A stretch of DNA of 64,000 nt, from sequence record DRR723986_3483; one strand, given 5' to 3'. Positions 10,601 through 19,493 of this stretch are shown here, one piece after another. How positions within the stretch are numbered: the first letter of the stretch is position 1; each line of letters starts with the position of its first letter. The position numbers and the translations under genes were made by a program. The notes under the pieces were generated by a model. It searched no databases. It saw only the letters and a program-made list of their open reading frames with translations, and was not told where the DNA came from.

Positions 10601-11484
10601 ACCTTAGTGAGTTGCTTCAAATAGACATTACCCCTGTGTTATTGCATGGCTTACATTATAGCCTCCCGAAAAACGATTATTATGTCAAGAGTGGTTATTT
10701 GAATATGAAAGTTCTTCCCAGGATCTCCAATTCTGACCCACGATTCGGTGTAGGATACAGTCTGCGAGCCAAAAGCATTACAAAATATTACAAAGAAGAG
10801 CACGCAAAGTTTACTTTGGAAAGAGAAGACGCGAACTATCTATTCAGTCCATTGAACTACGGCTACCTCTACAAAGGCCCAATTCTGGAATGGTATTTCA
10901 AAATAAAGTATAGCCACGAAAAGCATAATTACGAGCTGATTCACCAAGAACTCCTTGCCAAAATCAAAATCTATGACCTTGGATGTGGCAATGGATTTTT
11001 GAGCTATTTCCTTAAATTAAAAAATGCAGACAGAGAAATTATTGGGGTAGACTACGATGACGACAAGATCGATGTAGCGGAAAATTGCTATCTCAATGAC
11101 GGAAGTATAAAGTTTTACTCCGAGGACTTTTCAGCGATAGCTATGGAGCATGCTGATGCAATTATCCTTATGGATGTGCTGCATTATTTGAGTCCGGAGA
11201 AAAAGAATACAGTCTTGAATAATTGCCTCGAAGCACTAAGTCCAGAAGGGATTCTGATTATAAAAGATGGTCTGCTGAGCGACTCCGACAAACACAAGTG
11301 GACGATCAAGTCAGAAAAATGGAGCACCAAATTGATGAAATTCAATAAGGTGACCGATGAGCTATCCTTTTTTGACCTGGCTTATATCGAGAATTGGGTT
11401 GCAGATAATCAGCTCGAAATGAAAATTCTTTCGGAGTCCAAAGATTCCAGCAATACCTTGATGGCGATCAAAAGGACGGGGTGA
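7681..11484 (+). CDS. trifunctional MMPL/RND-type exporter - PlsC acyltransferase - class I SAM methyltransferase fusion
   Basis: Two TM clusters with GIVVDYSFH / GLGDDFSIF (MMPL), ANHSSFLD + FPES (PlsC), YDLGCGNG + GVDYD + DVLHY (MTase); ATG at 7681 (ORF track starts at TTG 7648). Confidence 0.92.
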   Translation: MPSLNKLLPIILFVLVLLVGAYSASNLDIHENLNRSIPNNLDMDALKPVIEQGEKAVFFSLNVEDFNGDHYKIDSAGNALITALNPLFSSQLGTLQYRTDIDPDVFNSFVQEHLYLFLEKSDYDAIDSLLENENVVKALAEDKKLLSSAQGFGLAESITHDPLHFNQFAYKRLSKGLSLQNMLATEGLFITTDRASLMINGTVLFDPKEVSNVQLFDEQLSEFKDNWNQNSSNPELDYFGSFAIVAANAKQIKNDIILTVNLALIFIVGLLYFYYRKLSTILFFVLPGTFGIACSIILVYLFKGGISALALSASAVIMGIVVDYSFHFFSHLSQDKDAIKTRNSIAFPLIVSSFTTIIAFFSLTFANSEALRDFGMFTGLSLLFTLLFILFLLPHLILLLGKKTMQEGSSKLDFLIEKFSSDKIKQPKWLLFIILLTTGFLAFFANDVAFENDLNKLNFYPDYLKKKEIAHQNINPDSEKRITIVAHGETENEAAANNRVLYEALTKNSVNSNQQVNSIASFVLPAEEIQQKSQAWEGYWEENEDKFLSHFTSVADSMGYSSSAFSPFVRSIQDAPEQVNTVEFATQFESLQKLIIQDQNTSILSTVVFEKEDYEQLKATISAVPGTFIVDGESVAESLVNSVKADFNLLLIIASVLVFVSMLLVYGRLELTLISFLPMVLSWIWILGLAALFGIKFNFINIMIATIIFGLGDDFSIFITDGLQTKYRYGKNALATNKAGILLSSISTIIGTGVLFFGQHPAIRSIAAISVIGISTIVILSFVVQPFMYKMLITRRTDQGKPPYTLLELAISIFAFSFFFLGCLISTILTVIVMITPFWKLKSKKLFVHRLVQFFTWALLKCMVFLKKRYYDYELLDFSRPSVIIANHSSFLDILYIAMQHPKITFLVGPWVYNSPIFGKFIRFADYIPAFLPIEDSLEKLQDLVADGYSILVFPESHRSVDGKMTRFHKGAFYLSELLQIDITPVLLHGLHYSLPKNDYYVKSGYLNMKVLPRISNSDPRFGVGYSLRAKSITKYYKEEHAKFTLEREDANYLFSPLNYGYLYKGPILEWYFKIKYSHEKHNYELIHQELLAKIKIYDLGCGNGFLSYFLKLKNADREIIGVDYDDDKIDVAENCYLNDGSIKFYSEDFSAIAMEHADAIILMDVLHYLSPEKKNTVLNNCLEALSPEGILIIKDGLLSDSDKHKWTIKSEKWSTKLMKFNKVTDELSFFDLAYIENWVADNQLEMKILSESKDSSNTLMAIKRTG

Positions 11485-11571
11485 GTTTTTTTTGACCACA
11501 GTTAGTGCGACACCAAAGGAGACGAAGTTTTTTTGACCCCAGCGTAAATAGAGTCCCGAAAAATTTCGGGA
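11484..11571. repeat. short imperfect direct repeat plus palindrome between convergent genes
   Basis: AG-T8-GACCACAG (11484-11501) and AG-T7-GACCCCAG (11526-11542); TCCCGAAA-AA-TTTCGGGA palindrome (11554-11571). Confidence 0.5.
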
Positions 11572-11700
11572 TCGTGAGAACCACTTTACTGTGTTAGTTT
11601 GTCTTCCCCAGAAGCATGGGTTAATTATAAGGGTATATAGAGTCAAAAATTGGTTGGACAAAATTTAGACTAACTCCCACTACCCTATCTCCTCTTCACC

Positions 11701-12960
11701 TCAATCACCCAAACCTCTTCCAGATGCCTCCTCCGTCCCCTTATTCTCGATCTGAATTACTTTCGCAAGCGTAGAAAGTATTGTTTTATGTTTTTTCACA
11801 AATGGATTGGAGACATCCCACACATGACCAGCTAAGACAGAGCAGATCTGGGCTTTGATTTGGGGGTTGATCTTTGGATTGAAGAAAATTGTCTGGAGTT
11901 CGCCGTTGTACCAGCCATCGACATAGGATCTGAACACTTCGATACCATACCTCATCTCGTCCTCATAGTCTTTTTGCCAGTCTACTGATTCCCCATTTAA
12001 TTCCTTTTCCACCAGTTTGGCGGCTTTCAAACCTGAAACTGTGGCCAAGGTAACTCCAGAGGAAAATACAGGATCTAGGAATTCAGTAGAATTTCCACAG
12101 AGCACAAAACCTTCACCAAACATGCTTTTCACACCTACAGAATAACCCAAAATCATCGTGGGATTACGCTGATACGTAGCTTCTGTGAATCTTCCATTGA
12201 GCAACACGAAACTTTGCACAAACTTCAAATATGCTGCAAAGTCATCCGCTGAGTACGCTTTGGTGTCTTCAGTGTCAGACACAATGCCCACACTGGCAGT
12301 ACCATCTGAAAATGGGATCACCCAAATCCAGGAATTCTTCTCATCAAATGGATAAATAAAAATATCATCGCCCTCTCTTCCAGTTCTCTTTTGATCCACA
12401 AAATGCGCAAAAACCGCTCCTCTCGGCTTCTGAGCAGACGGGGTATCCAAGTCAAACAACCTCGGCAACACGCGACCATAGCCGCTAGCATCCATTACAA
12501 AAGCCGCTTCAATTTTAGTTCCCTCCCCATCCTGAGACTGATAGCTTACTGATCGATTTTCTCCTTCTATCTCTACAGCGGTTACAGTACTCCCAAAGAC
12601 AAACTTAACCCCATTGGCACAGGCAGCATCCACCAAAGCCTGATCGAAATTGACCCTTTGCACATTCCAAGTCCAATCCCATGATTTAGAGAATTGCTGA
12701 CTAAACAGGAAATTACAGGTTTGATTAGCTCTATTAAAATAGGAAGCCCCCATCTTCTTTTGGAAACCTTTCTCAAGTAATGGCGTGATCAGGCCGGATT
12801 CTTCCAGTGCATCCATGCATTTTGGGAGTAAACTTTCCCCAATTACAAACCTTGCGAAACCTTCCTTCTCCAGTACAATCACCTCAAAACCCTGCTTTGC
12901 AAGATAACTTGAAGCCACTGCTCCAGCTGGCCCTGCTCCTATCACTACTATTTTCTTCAT
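11701..12960 (-). CDS. flavin-dependent halogenase-like NAD(P)/FAD oxidoreductase
   Basis: GAGPAG, IGESL, GFQKKMG (conserved Lys region), WIWVIP (WxWxIP), FLDPVFSSGV. Confidence 0.85.
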   Translation of the reverse strand: MKKIVVIGAGPAGAVASSYLAKQGFEVIVLEKEGFARFVIGESLLPKCMDALEESGLITPLLEKGFQKKMGASYFNRANQTCNFLFSQQFSKSWDWTWNVQRVNFDQALVDAACANGVKFVFGSTVTAVEIEGENRSVSYQSQDGEGTKIEAAFVMDASGYGRVLPRLFDLDTPSAQKPRGAVFAHFVDQKRTGREGDDIFIYPFDEKNSWIWVIPFSDGTASVGIVSDTEDTKAYSADDFAAYLKFVQSFVLLNGRFTEATYQRNPTMILGYSVGVKSMFGEGFVLCGNSTEFLDPVFSSGVTLATVSGLKAAKLVEKELNGESVDWQKDYEDEMRYGIEVFRSYVDGWYNGELQTIFFNPKINPQIKAQICSVLAGHVWDVSNPFVKKHKTILSTLAKVIQIENKGTEEASGRGLGD

Positions 12961-13027
12961 ACTAAACCTTTACAGAACAGTTCTACTATATACCAACTTC
13001 ACTTTATTGGGAGAAGATTTAGGAATT

Positions 13028-13624
13028 CTATTTATTCTTTCTGACTTCCTTCTCTTTAGATCTTAGCAGTTCATAGATCGTACGTGCCCAGTAATTTCTC
13101 AACCCAAATCCCCCGGGCTTTTCTACAAATCGCTCTGCCGACAAAATCTCGGAGGATTGCGCATCGATCATTACCAACCAATGCGATCCTTTTGTCACCT
13201 TTTTATTATAGCACTCTGCAACTAAAAGCGTCACAGTCCCTTCAATCTTAGACAAATCATAAGACTTGGCTACAGCTTCTGCCTGCTCTTGAGAAATCTC
13301 ATAAGCCTCTTCCTGAATCATAGCTTTAGTGTCTACTTCCTTATTTGTCGCATAGGTATAAGCCAGATCAATCGTAACGGAAGGAACGCCTAATGCCTTT
13401 TTTACATCGTATTTATCAGGCTCAGTGATCACAAAATCGTTCCAGGCAAGTAAGTACTTTGGCAATTCTCCTGCATCAGTAAATCCTGCTGCTCCTACAA
13501 ATTTGGCAACAGAATAATCAATGCCAATCCAGGTAATCGGATCATTATTTTTCGCCAAGTGCTCATTTTCAAAACTTGGAAAAAATGCAAGAAACGTAAG
13601 AATAAGGGAGTAAAATAAATTCAT
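13028..13624 (-). CDS. secreted hypothetical protein
   Basis: Signal-peptide-like start MNLFYSLIL at 13624; W(I)GIDYS and GGFGLRNYW motifs; lies inside the pigment cluster. Confidence 0.7.
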   Translation of the reverse strand: MNLFYSLILTFLAFFPSFENEHLAKNNDPITWIGIDYSVAKFVGAAGFTDAGELPKYLLAWNDFVITEPDKYDVKKALGVPSVTIDLAYTYATNKEVDTKAMIQEEAYEISQEQAEAVAKSYDLSKIEGTVTLLVAECYNKKVTKGSHWLVMIDAQSSEILSAERFVEKPGGFGLRNYWARTIYELLRSKEKEVRKNK

Positions 13625-13698
13625 AACTTTGACTATTAAATAATGTAAAAACACCCGCCCTTTACCCAAAGAATCAGGCACCTAAAATTAGACTAGAA

Positions 13699-15351
13699 TT
13701 GCAGAAGAAAAAACTCATCATTGCCGGAGTTATATCTCTGTTGATAATTCTACCCATAGTTTTTATTAAAATCACGGTTTATCCTACCCCGAAACTACCG
13801 GAAGTTCATGCTCAGAATCCAGAACGGGAAACTATTAATGCCACCACTTTTCGCTACAAAAACAATTGGCTTCGCAAAAACGAATCTGGAAATTGGGAAA
13901 GCTATATAGAAGGCACGCCATATGAACGAGGCATTGCATTGGGAATTCTGCACAAAGAACTAATCCAAAGTCAGGAAGATGCTTTTGTAGGTGAAATCGA
14001 AAAGATGCTTCCTTCCCGAATCATGCGGACAATTATGCAGCTCGGGATCGGCTGGTTCAATCGAAATCTGGACGAGGATATTCCTGAGGAATACCTACAG
14101 GAAATCTACATGGCATCACAGAGCTTCTCGGACAAATATTCTTACGTAGGCCCCAAATACAACCGCGTTTTGAATTATCATGCCGCACATGACATCGGAC
14201 ACATGGTGCAAAACATGAACCTGGTAGCCTGCACGGCTGTAGTTCAATGGGATTTTGAGCAAGAAGAAGCACAGATGGTTTTGGGAAGAAATTTTGATTT
14301 TTACTTCGGAGACGAGTTTGCGAAGGATAAAATCGTTCTGTTCGTCAATCCTAGCGAAGGTTACGACTTCGTCTCTGTGACTTGGGGAGGTTTCAGCGGA
14401 GTGGTTTCGGGAATGAATGAAAAAGGTCTAACCGTCACGCTTAATGCACTTCCATCAGAGCTCCCCACCAAAAGTTCCACGCCCGTTTCGATCATTGCCC
14501 GGGATGTGCTCCAATACGCTTCCACGATTGAAGAAGCGTATGCAATTATTTCCAAGTATGATGTCTTTGTATCGGAGTCTTTTACCATTGCTTCAGCCAT
14601 AGACAAAAAGGCTGCTGTCATAGAAAAAACTCCAGAGAAAACGGCGATTTTCTACCCTGAAGGCAATGAGCTTATCGTAGCAAATCACTTCCAAAGTGAT
14701 TTCTATAAGGATTCAGAAATCAATTTAGATCATATTCGGGATTCAGAGTCCATGCCACGTTTTGATCGAATGAAACAACTAACGGAAGAAGATACTATCA
14801 TTTCGGTAAAAAACATGCTTCGTTATATCCGCGACCAGAAAGGCGTCAATAATCAGGAGCTAGGAGCAGGAAATCCCATGGCGATCAATCAATTGCTGGC
14901 GCATCATTCAGTGATTTTTGAGCCTTTGAAAGGGATAGCCTACATTTCTGCAGCTCCCTTTCAAGAAAATGTATTCAATGCCTATGACGTCAATTCAATC
15001 AAAAACTTATCGACTCATGATCCAATAAACTCTCCTGAAATAGACTCCTTGCGATTGGCTCAAGATTCATTTTACAATAGTCAGGGATTTTCAAATTATA
15101 GCGAATACAAGCTTCTAAGAGCTGAATTCAAGGAAAATCCTAAGCAAAAAATAGATGAAAACGGGTTCCCCGAAAAGTGGATCACTACAAATCCTGAGTA
15201 TTACGAACCTTACTTACTGCTTGCCGATTTCTATTTTGAGCAGGATGATTTTGCGAAAGCAAAAAAATACTACCAGCAAGCTCAAAGCAAAGCAATACCA
15301 TACCTTGGGATCAGTACTCACATCAGTGAAAACTTAGCTAAAATCAAATGA
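13699..15351 (+). CDS. C45-family autoproteolytic acyltransferase/peptidase (Ntn hydrolase) with C-terminal TPR-like helices
   Basis: TTG start, N-terminal TM, LVA/CTA (Cys nucleophile), GRNFDF, SGMNEKGL, ANHF. Confidence 0.88.
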   Translation: MQKKKLIIAGVISLLIILPIVFIKITVYPTPKLPEVHAQNPERETINATTFRYKNNWLRKNESGNWESYIEGTPYERGIALGILHKELIQSQEDAFVGEIEKMLPSRIMRTIMQLGIGWFNRNLDEDIPEEYLQEIYMASQSFSDKYSYVGPKYNRVLNYHAAHDIGHMVQNMNLVACTAVVQWDFEQEEAQMVLGRNFDFYFGDEFAKDKIVLFVNPSEGYDFVSVTWGGFSGVVSGMNEKGLTVTLNALPSELPTKSSTPVSIIARDVLQYASTIEEAYAIISKYDVFVSESFTIASAIDKKAAVIEKTPEKTAIFYPEGNELIVANHFQSDFYKDSEINLDHIRDSESMPRFDRMKQLTEEDTIISVKNMLRYIRDQKGVNNQELGAGNPMAINQLLAHHSVIFEPLKGIAYISAAPFQENVFNAYDVNSIKNLSTHDPINSPEIDSLRLAQDSFYNSQGFSNYSEYKLLRAEFKENPKQKIDENGFPEKWITTNPEYYEPYLLLADFYFEQDDFAKAKKYYQQAQSKAIPYLGISTHISENLAKIK

Positions 15352-15713
15352 GGGGAATAGGCATTGATATCGTAGAAGTGGAAAGAATGGCACTGAAATG
15401 TAAAAAGCCTGAATTTGTATCCTTGGTTTTCACTCATGAAGAAGTAGGTTATTGTAAAGCGCAAGGAAATGATGCTCAATTCTTTGCAGCGAGATTTGCT
15501 GCGAAGGAGGCTTATATGAAAGCAGTTAGCCTGGGCTGGACAAATGATGCGCAATTCCATGAAATCGAAGTTACTAGACTGGAATCTGGACAGCCGAAAC
15601 TTAGATTGCTCGGAAATACAAAGCGTCATTTTGAAAAGGAAGGCTATTCAGATATACTTTTGACACTTAGTCACACATCACAAACTGCCGTGGCAGTTGT
15701 AATTGTAGTTTGA
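15348..15713 (+). CDS. acpS: holo-ACP synthase (phosphopantetheinyl transferase)
   Basis: GIGIDIVE, AARFAAKEAYMKA, SGQP, LSH. Confidence 0.93.
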   Translation: MRGIGIDIVEVERMALKCKKPEFVSLVFTHEEVGYCKAQGNDAQFFAARFAAKEAYMKAVSLGWTNDAQFHEIEVTRLESGQPKLRLLGNTKRHFEKEGYSDILLTLSHTSQTAVAVVIVV

Positions 15714-15716
15714 AAA

Positions 15717-16997
15717 ATGAAATTTACTTCAGACAAAAGCATTGATTATTTACCAACTTACGAGCTAGAAAACTTACAGGTGGAGCTTCTCAAGAAGCAT
15801 CTTCGCTATACCTTGGCCAACTCCCCGTTTTACAAAGACAAGTTTTCCGAAGACGATATTAATGCTATCTCCAAACTTTCGGATTTGTCCAAATTCATCA
15901 GAACTTCAAAAAAAGACCTTGCTGAATTCAATTCAGCTTTCTTAAGTGTTACTCAAAGAGAAGTGGTGGAATATGTCACCACTTCAGGAACTACTGGAAA
16001 GCCAGTGAGCATAGCACTCAGCAAAAATGACTTGGAAAGATTGGCATATAACGAAGCCCGTTCACTGGAAATAGCTGATTTCACTCCAGAAGACACCGTT
16101 CAAATCACCACTACGCTGGACAAATGCTTTATGGCGGGAATGGCCTATTATTTAGGTTTGACGAAAATAGGTGCCGCAGTTTTGCGTGCCGGGCAAGGAA
16201 CTCCCGAATTCCACTGGGAAATGATCAAGCAAATCAATCCCACTGCCCTGATCGCTGTACCTTCATTTCTTCAGAAATTAGGGGCAAATTCAAGATCTAT
16301 TCCACACCAAATCACCAAAGCCCTGTGCATAGGAGAACCTTTGAGATATGCTGATTTCAGCGATAATCAGCTGACAAAAAATATCGCAGAGTACTGGAAT
16401 CTGGATCTAAGATCTACCTATGCTTCTACTGAAATGGCTACAGCTTTTACTGAATGTCAGGAGAAGAAAGGCGGGCATTTACTTCCTGAATTGATCATTT
16501 TGGAAATCTTGGATGAAAATGGAAACGAAGTCGCTGACGGAGAAATCGGAGAAGTGACAGTTACCCCATTGGGGATAGAAGCGATGCCACTTGTGAGATT
16601 TCAAACGGGTGACTTGGCCAGGAAACATTCGGAAATTTGTGCCTGTGGCAGAAATACGCCTCGGCTTGGGCCAATCGAAGGTCGCTTGTCTCAGATGATC
16701 AAATTGAAAGGAACGACTATTTACCCAACTCAGATCGAAGAAGTGCTTCATCTACACCCAAGTGCAAGCCCTTATCTTATAGAGATAGATCAGGATGAAA
16801 ACGGTTTAGATTCTGTAAGTATTATCCTACCAGATTCCTGTACCATGGAAGATTCCGCTACGTTGATTATAAGCTTGCAAGCAAAGCTTCGAGTGAAGCC
16901 CACTTTGAAAAAATCTTCCATTTCAGCCATCCAAAAACTGCTTTTCCGGGAAAATAGCAGGAAGCCAAAAAAGATAATTGACAATAGAAATGCCTAA
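15717..16997 (+). CDS. phenylacetate-CoA-ligase family aryl-CoA ligase
   Basis: TTSGTTGKP, YASTE, RFQTGD, CACGR, GR..MIKLKG. Confidence 0.9.
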   Translation: MKFTSDKSIDYLPTYELENLQVELLKKHLRYTLANSPFYKDKFSEDDINAISKLSDLSKFIRTSKKDLAEFNSAFLSVTQREVVEYVTTSGTTGKPVSIALSKNDLERLAYNEARSLEIADFTPEDTVQITTTLDKCFMAGMAYYLGLTKIGAAVLRAGQGTPEFHWEMIKQINPTALIAVPSFLQKLGANSRSIPHQITKALCIGEPLRYADFSDNQLTKNIAEYWNLDLRSTYASTEMATAFTECQEKKGGHLLPELIILEILDENGNEVADGEIGEVTVTPLGIEAMPLVRFQTGDLARKHSEICACGRNTPRLGPIEGRLSQMIKLKGTTIYPTQIEEVLHLHPSASPYLIEIDQDENGLDSVSIILPDSCTMEDSATLIISLQAKLRVKPTLKKSSISAIQKLLFRENSRKPKKIIDNRNA

Positions 16998-18513
16998 GAT
17001 CAAAGAAGTATACGACGTTGTCATCATAGGCTCAGGATTAGGAGGTTTACTCTGCGGCTATGTACTCGCCCAGGAGGGAAAATCAGTATGTATTTTGGAG
17101 AAAAATGCCCAGATAGGCGGAAATCTCCAAACTTTCAAACGGGACAAAGTGAAGTTCGACTCAGGTGTACATTACATCGGTGGACTGGAAAAGGGTCAGG
17201 CGCTTTACCCATTTTTCAAATATTTCAATCTCTTGGACAATGTAGAAAAAGAGCTTTTGGACCAAGATGGGTACGATTTAATTTCCTTTGAAAATGATGA
17301 AATCCTTTATCCACATGGGCAAGGATACGATAATTTCGTCAAGCAATTGCTGAAGTATTTCCCACATGAGGAAGAGGGATTGCGGAAATATTGTGAGGAA
17401 ATTAAAAGAATATGCGAAAAATTCGAGTGGTACAATCTGCATATAGATTTTACTGATACAGATGAAATGAGTGTTTTTGGCCTAAGCGCCAAAGAAGTTA
17501 TAGAATCCTGTACCAGCGACCGAAAGCTTCAACAAGTTCTTGCGGGATCTAATTTGCTTTATGCCGGAGATGGCGACACTTCCCCTTTTTATATACATGC
17601 ATTGATCATAGATTCCTATATAGGCAGTGCTTATAAGCTAAAGCACAGTGATCAAATTTCTAAGCAGCTTCGCAAGGACATTAAGAAAATGGGAGGTGAA
17701 ATCTTCATCAATTCAGAGGTAATCAAAATTGAGAATTCCAGCAAATTAGTTGAACATGTAACACTTTCAAATGGGCAACATGTAAGAGGAAAGCAATTTA
17801 TATCTAACATGCACCCAACACAGACTTTTAGGCTTCTTAATACAGATGGTTTAAGAAAAGTCAATGTCAACCGCATGCTGCAATTAGAAAATACAACTTC
17901 TTCTTTTATCCTTTACATCAAACTAAAGCCAGACACTTTCAAATTCTCCAATTACAACCGCTATCATTTCATAGATCAGGACGTTTGGAGTGCCCACAAT
18001 TACGATTCGGAAAACTGGGTGAAAGGTTTAGCAATTTTCAACTCAAGACCCAACAATGATACATCGTATGCACATACGCTTACTGCCATTGCCTATATGA
18101 ATTATGAAGATGTAAAGAAATGGGAGGACAGCTTCAACACCACACTTAGCGAAAATGAAAGGTCAGAAGAGTATGTCAGATTCAAGAAAGAAAAGGCTGA
18201 GGAATTGATAAATGCCTTGTCTAAATTGTACCCAGGTTTTTCCGATTGTATCGAGAATTACTATACTGCCACACCCTTGACTCAGCGGGATTATATTGGA
18301 GCTATTGAAGGTGGACTATATGGGATAAAAAAAGATTACAATGCCCCGGTAAAGTCATTCATCAGTGCCAACACCAAACTTGATAATCTTTTCCTCACTG
18401 GTCAAAACATTGTGCTTCACGGTGTGCTAGGCGTTACCATCAGTGCAATGGTTACCTGTCAGTTTATGCTGGGTAAAAAGTATATGTTAGATAAGATAAA
18501 GGCATTTGTCTGA
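16990..18513 (+). CDS. phytoene desaturase (CrtI)/retinol saturase-family FAD oxidoreductase
   Basis: VIIGSGLGGL..EKN..GG, FDSGVHYIGG, ATPLT, NLFLTGQ..HGVLG; likely ATG 16990 overlapping the ligase end. Confidence 0.88.
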   Translation: MPKIKEVYDVVIIGSGLGGLLCGYVLAQEGKSVCILEKNAQIGGNLQTFKRDKVKFDSGVHYIGGLEKGQALYPFFKYFNLLDNVEKELLDQDGYDLISFENDEILYPHGQGYDNFVKQLLKYFPHEEEGLRKYCEEIKRICEKFEWYNLHIDFTDTDEMSVFGLSAKEVIESCTSDRKLQQVLAGSNLLYAGDGDTSPFYIHALIIDSYIGSAYKLKHSDQISKQLRKDIKKMGGEIFINSEVIKIENSSKLVEHVTLSNGQHVRGKQFISNMHPTQTFRLLNTDGLRKVNVNRMLQLENTTSSFILYIKLKPDTFKFSNYNRYHFIDQDVWSAHNYDSENWVKGLAIFNSRPNNDTSYAHTLTAIAYMNYEDVKKWEDSFNTTLSENERSEEYVRFKKEKAEELINALSKLYPGFSDCIENYYTATPLTQRDYIGAIEGGLYGIKKDYNAPVKSFISANTKLDNLFLTGQNIVLHGVLGVTISAMVTCQFMLGKKYMLDKIKAFV

Positions 18514-18830
18514 TGAGTTATTTTCATTAATCTTCTCTAATTCCAAGAGATTTTTTTTTTAATATTAGCACTAAAGCATTGTGCAATTGAGTTTTAAATA
18601 CAAGTTGGTAATGATTGCCATTGACTGACAATGCTTAAATCACAACAAAACTTTGCAATTAAAATTTCAATTTCCCCGGAAATATACAACCTGTTAATGA
18701 AAAATTGGTTTGTTAGCCTAACCTTTTGACTGATTCAATGGAGATAAATGAACCTCTGTCAGTAGCTTAACAGCCGATATCCAGTGGCAAGTCTCCATTT
18801 TATTGTATAGTGGATTTACATTTTCAATCA

Positions 18831-19193
18831 CTATATAGGATCTGTTTTTGGAAACTCTTCCCCTTCTTCAGGGGGTAGCCCATCTCCCTTTCTTGGGAAA
18901 TATGGATCTTCTTCTATCTCTTTTGGTGGATCTTCAATTGGAACTTCCTGCTCATCAGGCAAATACTCTTCTTCCTCTGGCACCACCTTGTTTGGATTGA
19001 TTTCATCCAAATCCGGCAAAGGAATATTTTCATTTGGTGGAATTGGCTTACTTTCTTCTTTCTCAGCATTTGAAGCCGCAATTCCGCTATTTGAGACATA
19101 GGCAAGAAAACTAGCTGGATTAATAAAGATTTGTATAAATCTTCCAAGGAATTGTATATGAAGAATTGAAGTTGAGTACATCATAATTTCCAT
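18831..19193 (-). CDS. acidic Pro/Glu-rich hypothetical protein
   Basis: 120-aa ORF with a low-complexity P/E/D-rich C-terminal half; start uncertain. Confidence 0.45.
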   Translation of the reverse strand: MEIMMYSTSILHIQFLGRFIQIFINPASFLAYVSNSGIAASNAEKEESKPIPPNENIPLPDLDEINPNKVVPEEEEYLPDEQEVPIEDPPKEIEEDPYFPRKGDGLPPEEGEEFPKTDPI

Positions 19194-19443
19194 TATTAAT
19201 ATATATTATCATGAATACAATCTTTATACAAATTTCCTTACCATTTCTAATTCGAAGCAATCCGCATATTTGACAAAAACCATTGAATTAGAAATTCCAT
19301 GTGGAGAATTTGCTACCACATTTTGGGTAGAGAATTCATCAACCGAATAGCGATATACTATACTTCCACATGTATATAAACACCTACTATTTAACTCCTT
19401 TATATGGTTTAACTCTGTTTCAGGGTGACACAGATTACTTTTA

Positions 19444-19472
19444 AAAAAGGAGCCTGTTGGAGGCTCCTTTTT
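19444..19472 (-). terminator. rho-independent terminator after susD
   Basis: AAAAAGGAGCC-TGTTGGA-GGCTCCTTTTT perfect stem with A/T tracts, about 20 nt past the stop. Confidence 0.85.
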
Positions 19473-19493
19473 ATCATACATGATTTGCTGAGA

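Noticed and set aside
16990-18513. CrtI-like gene as part of carotenoid biosynthesis
   Set aside because: No crtB/crtY/crtE nearby; it is coupled to the aryl-CoA ligase in the polyene cluster
19224-19481. 85-aa ORF in the spacer after susD
   Set aside because: Starts across the terminator hairpin and has no recognisable motif; probably spurious
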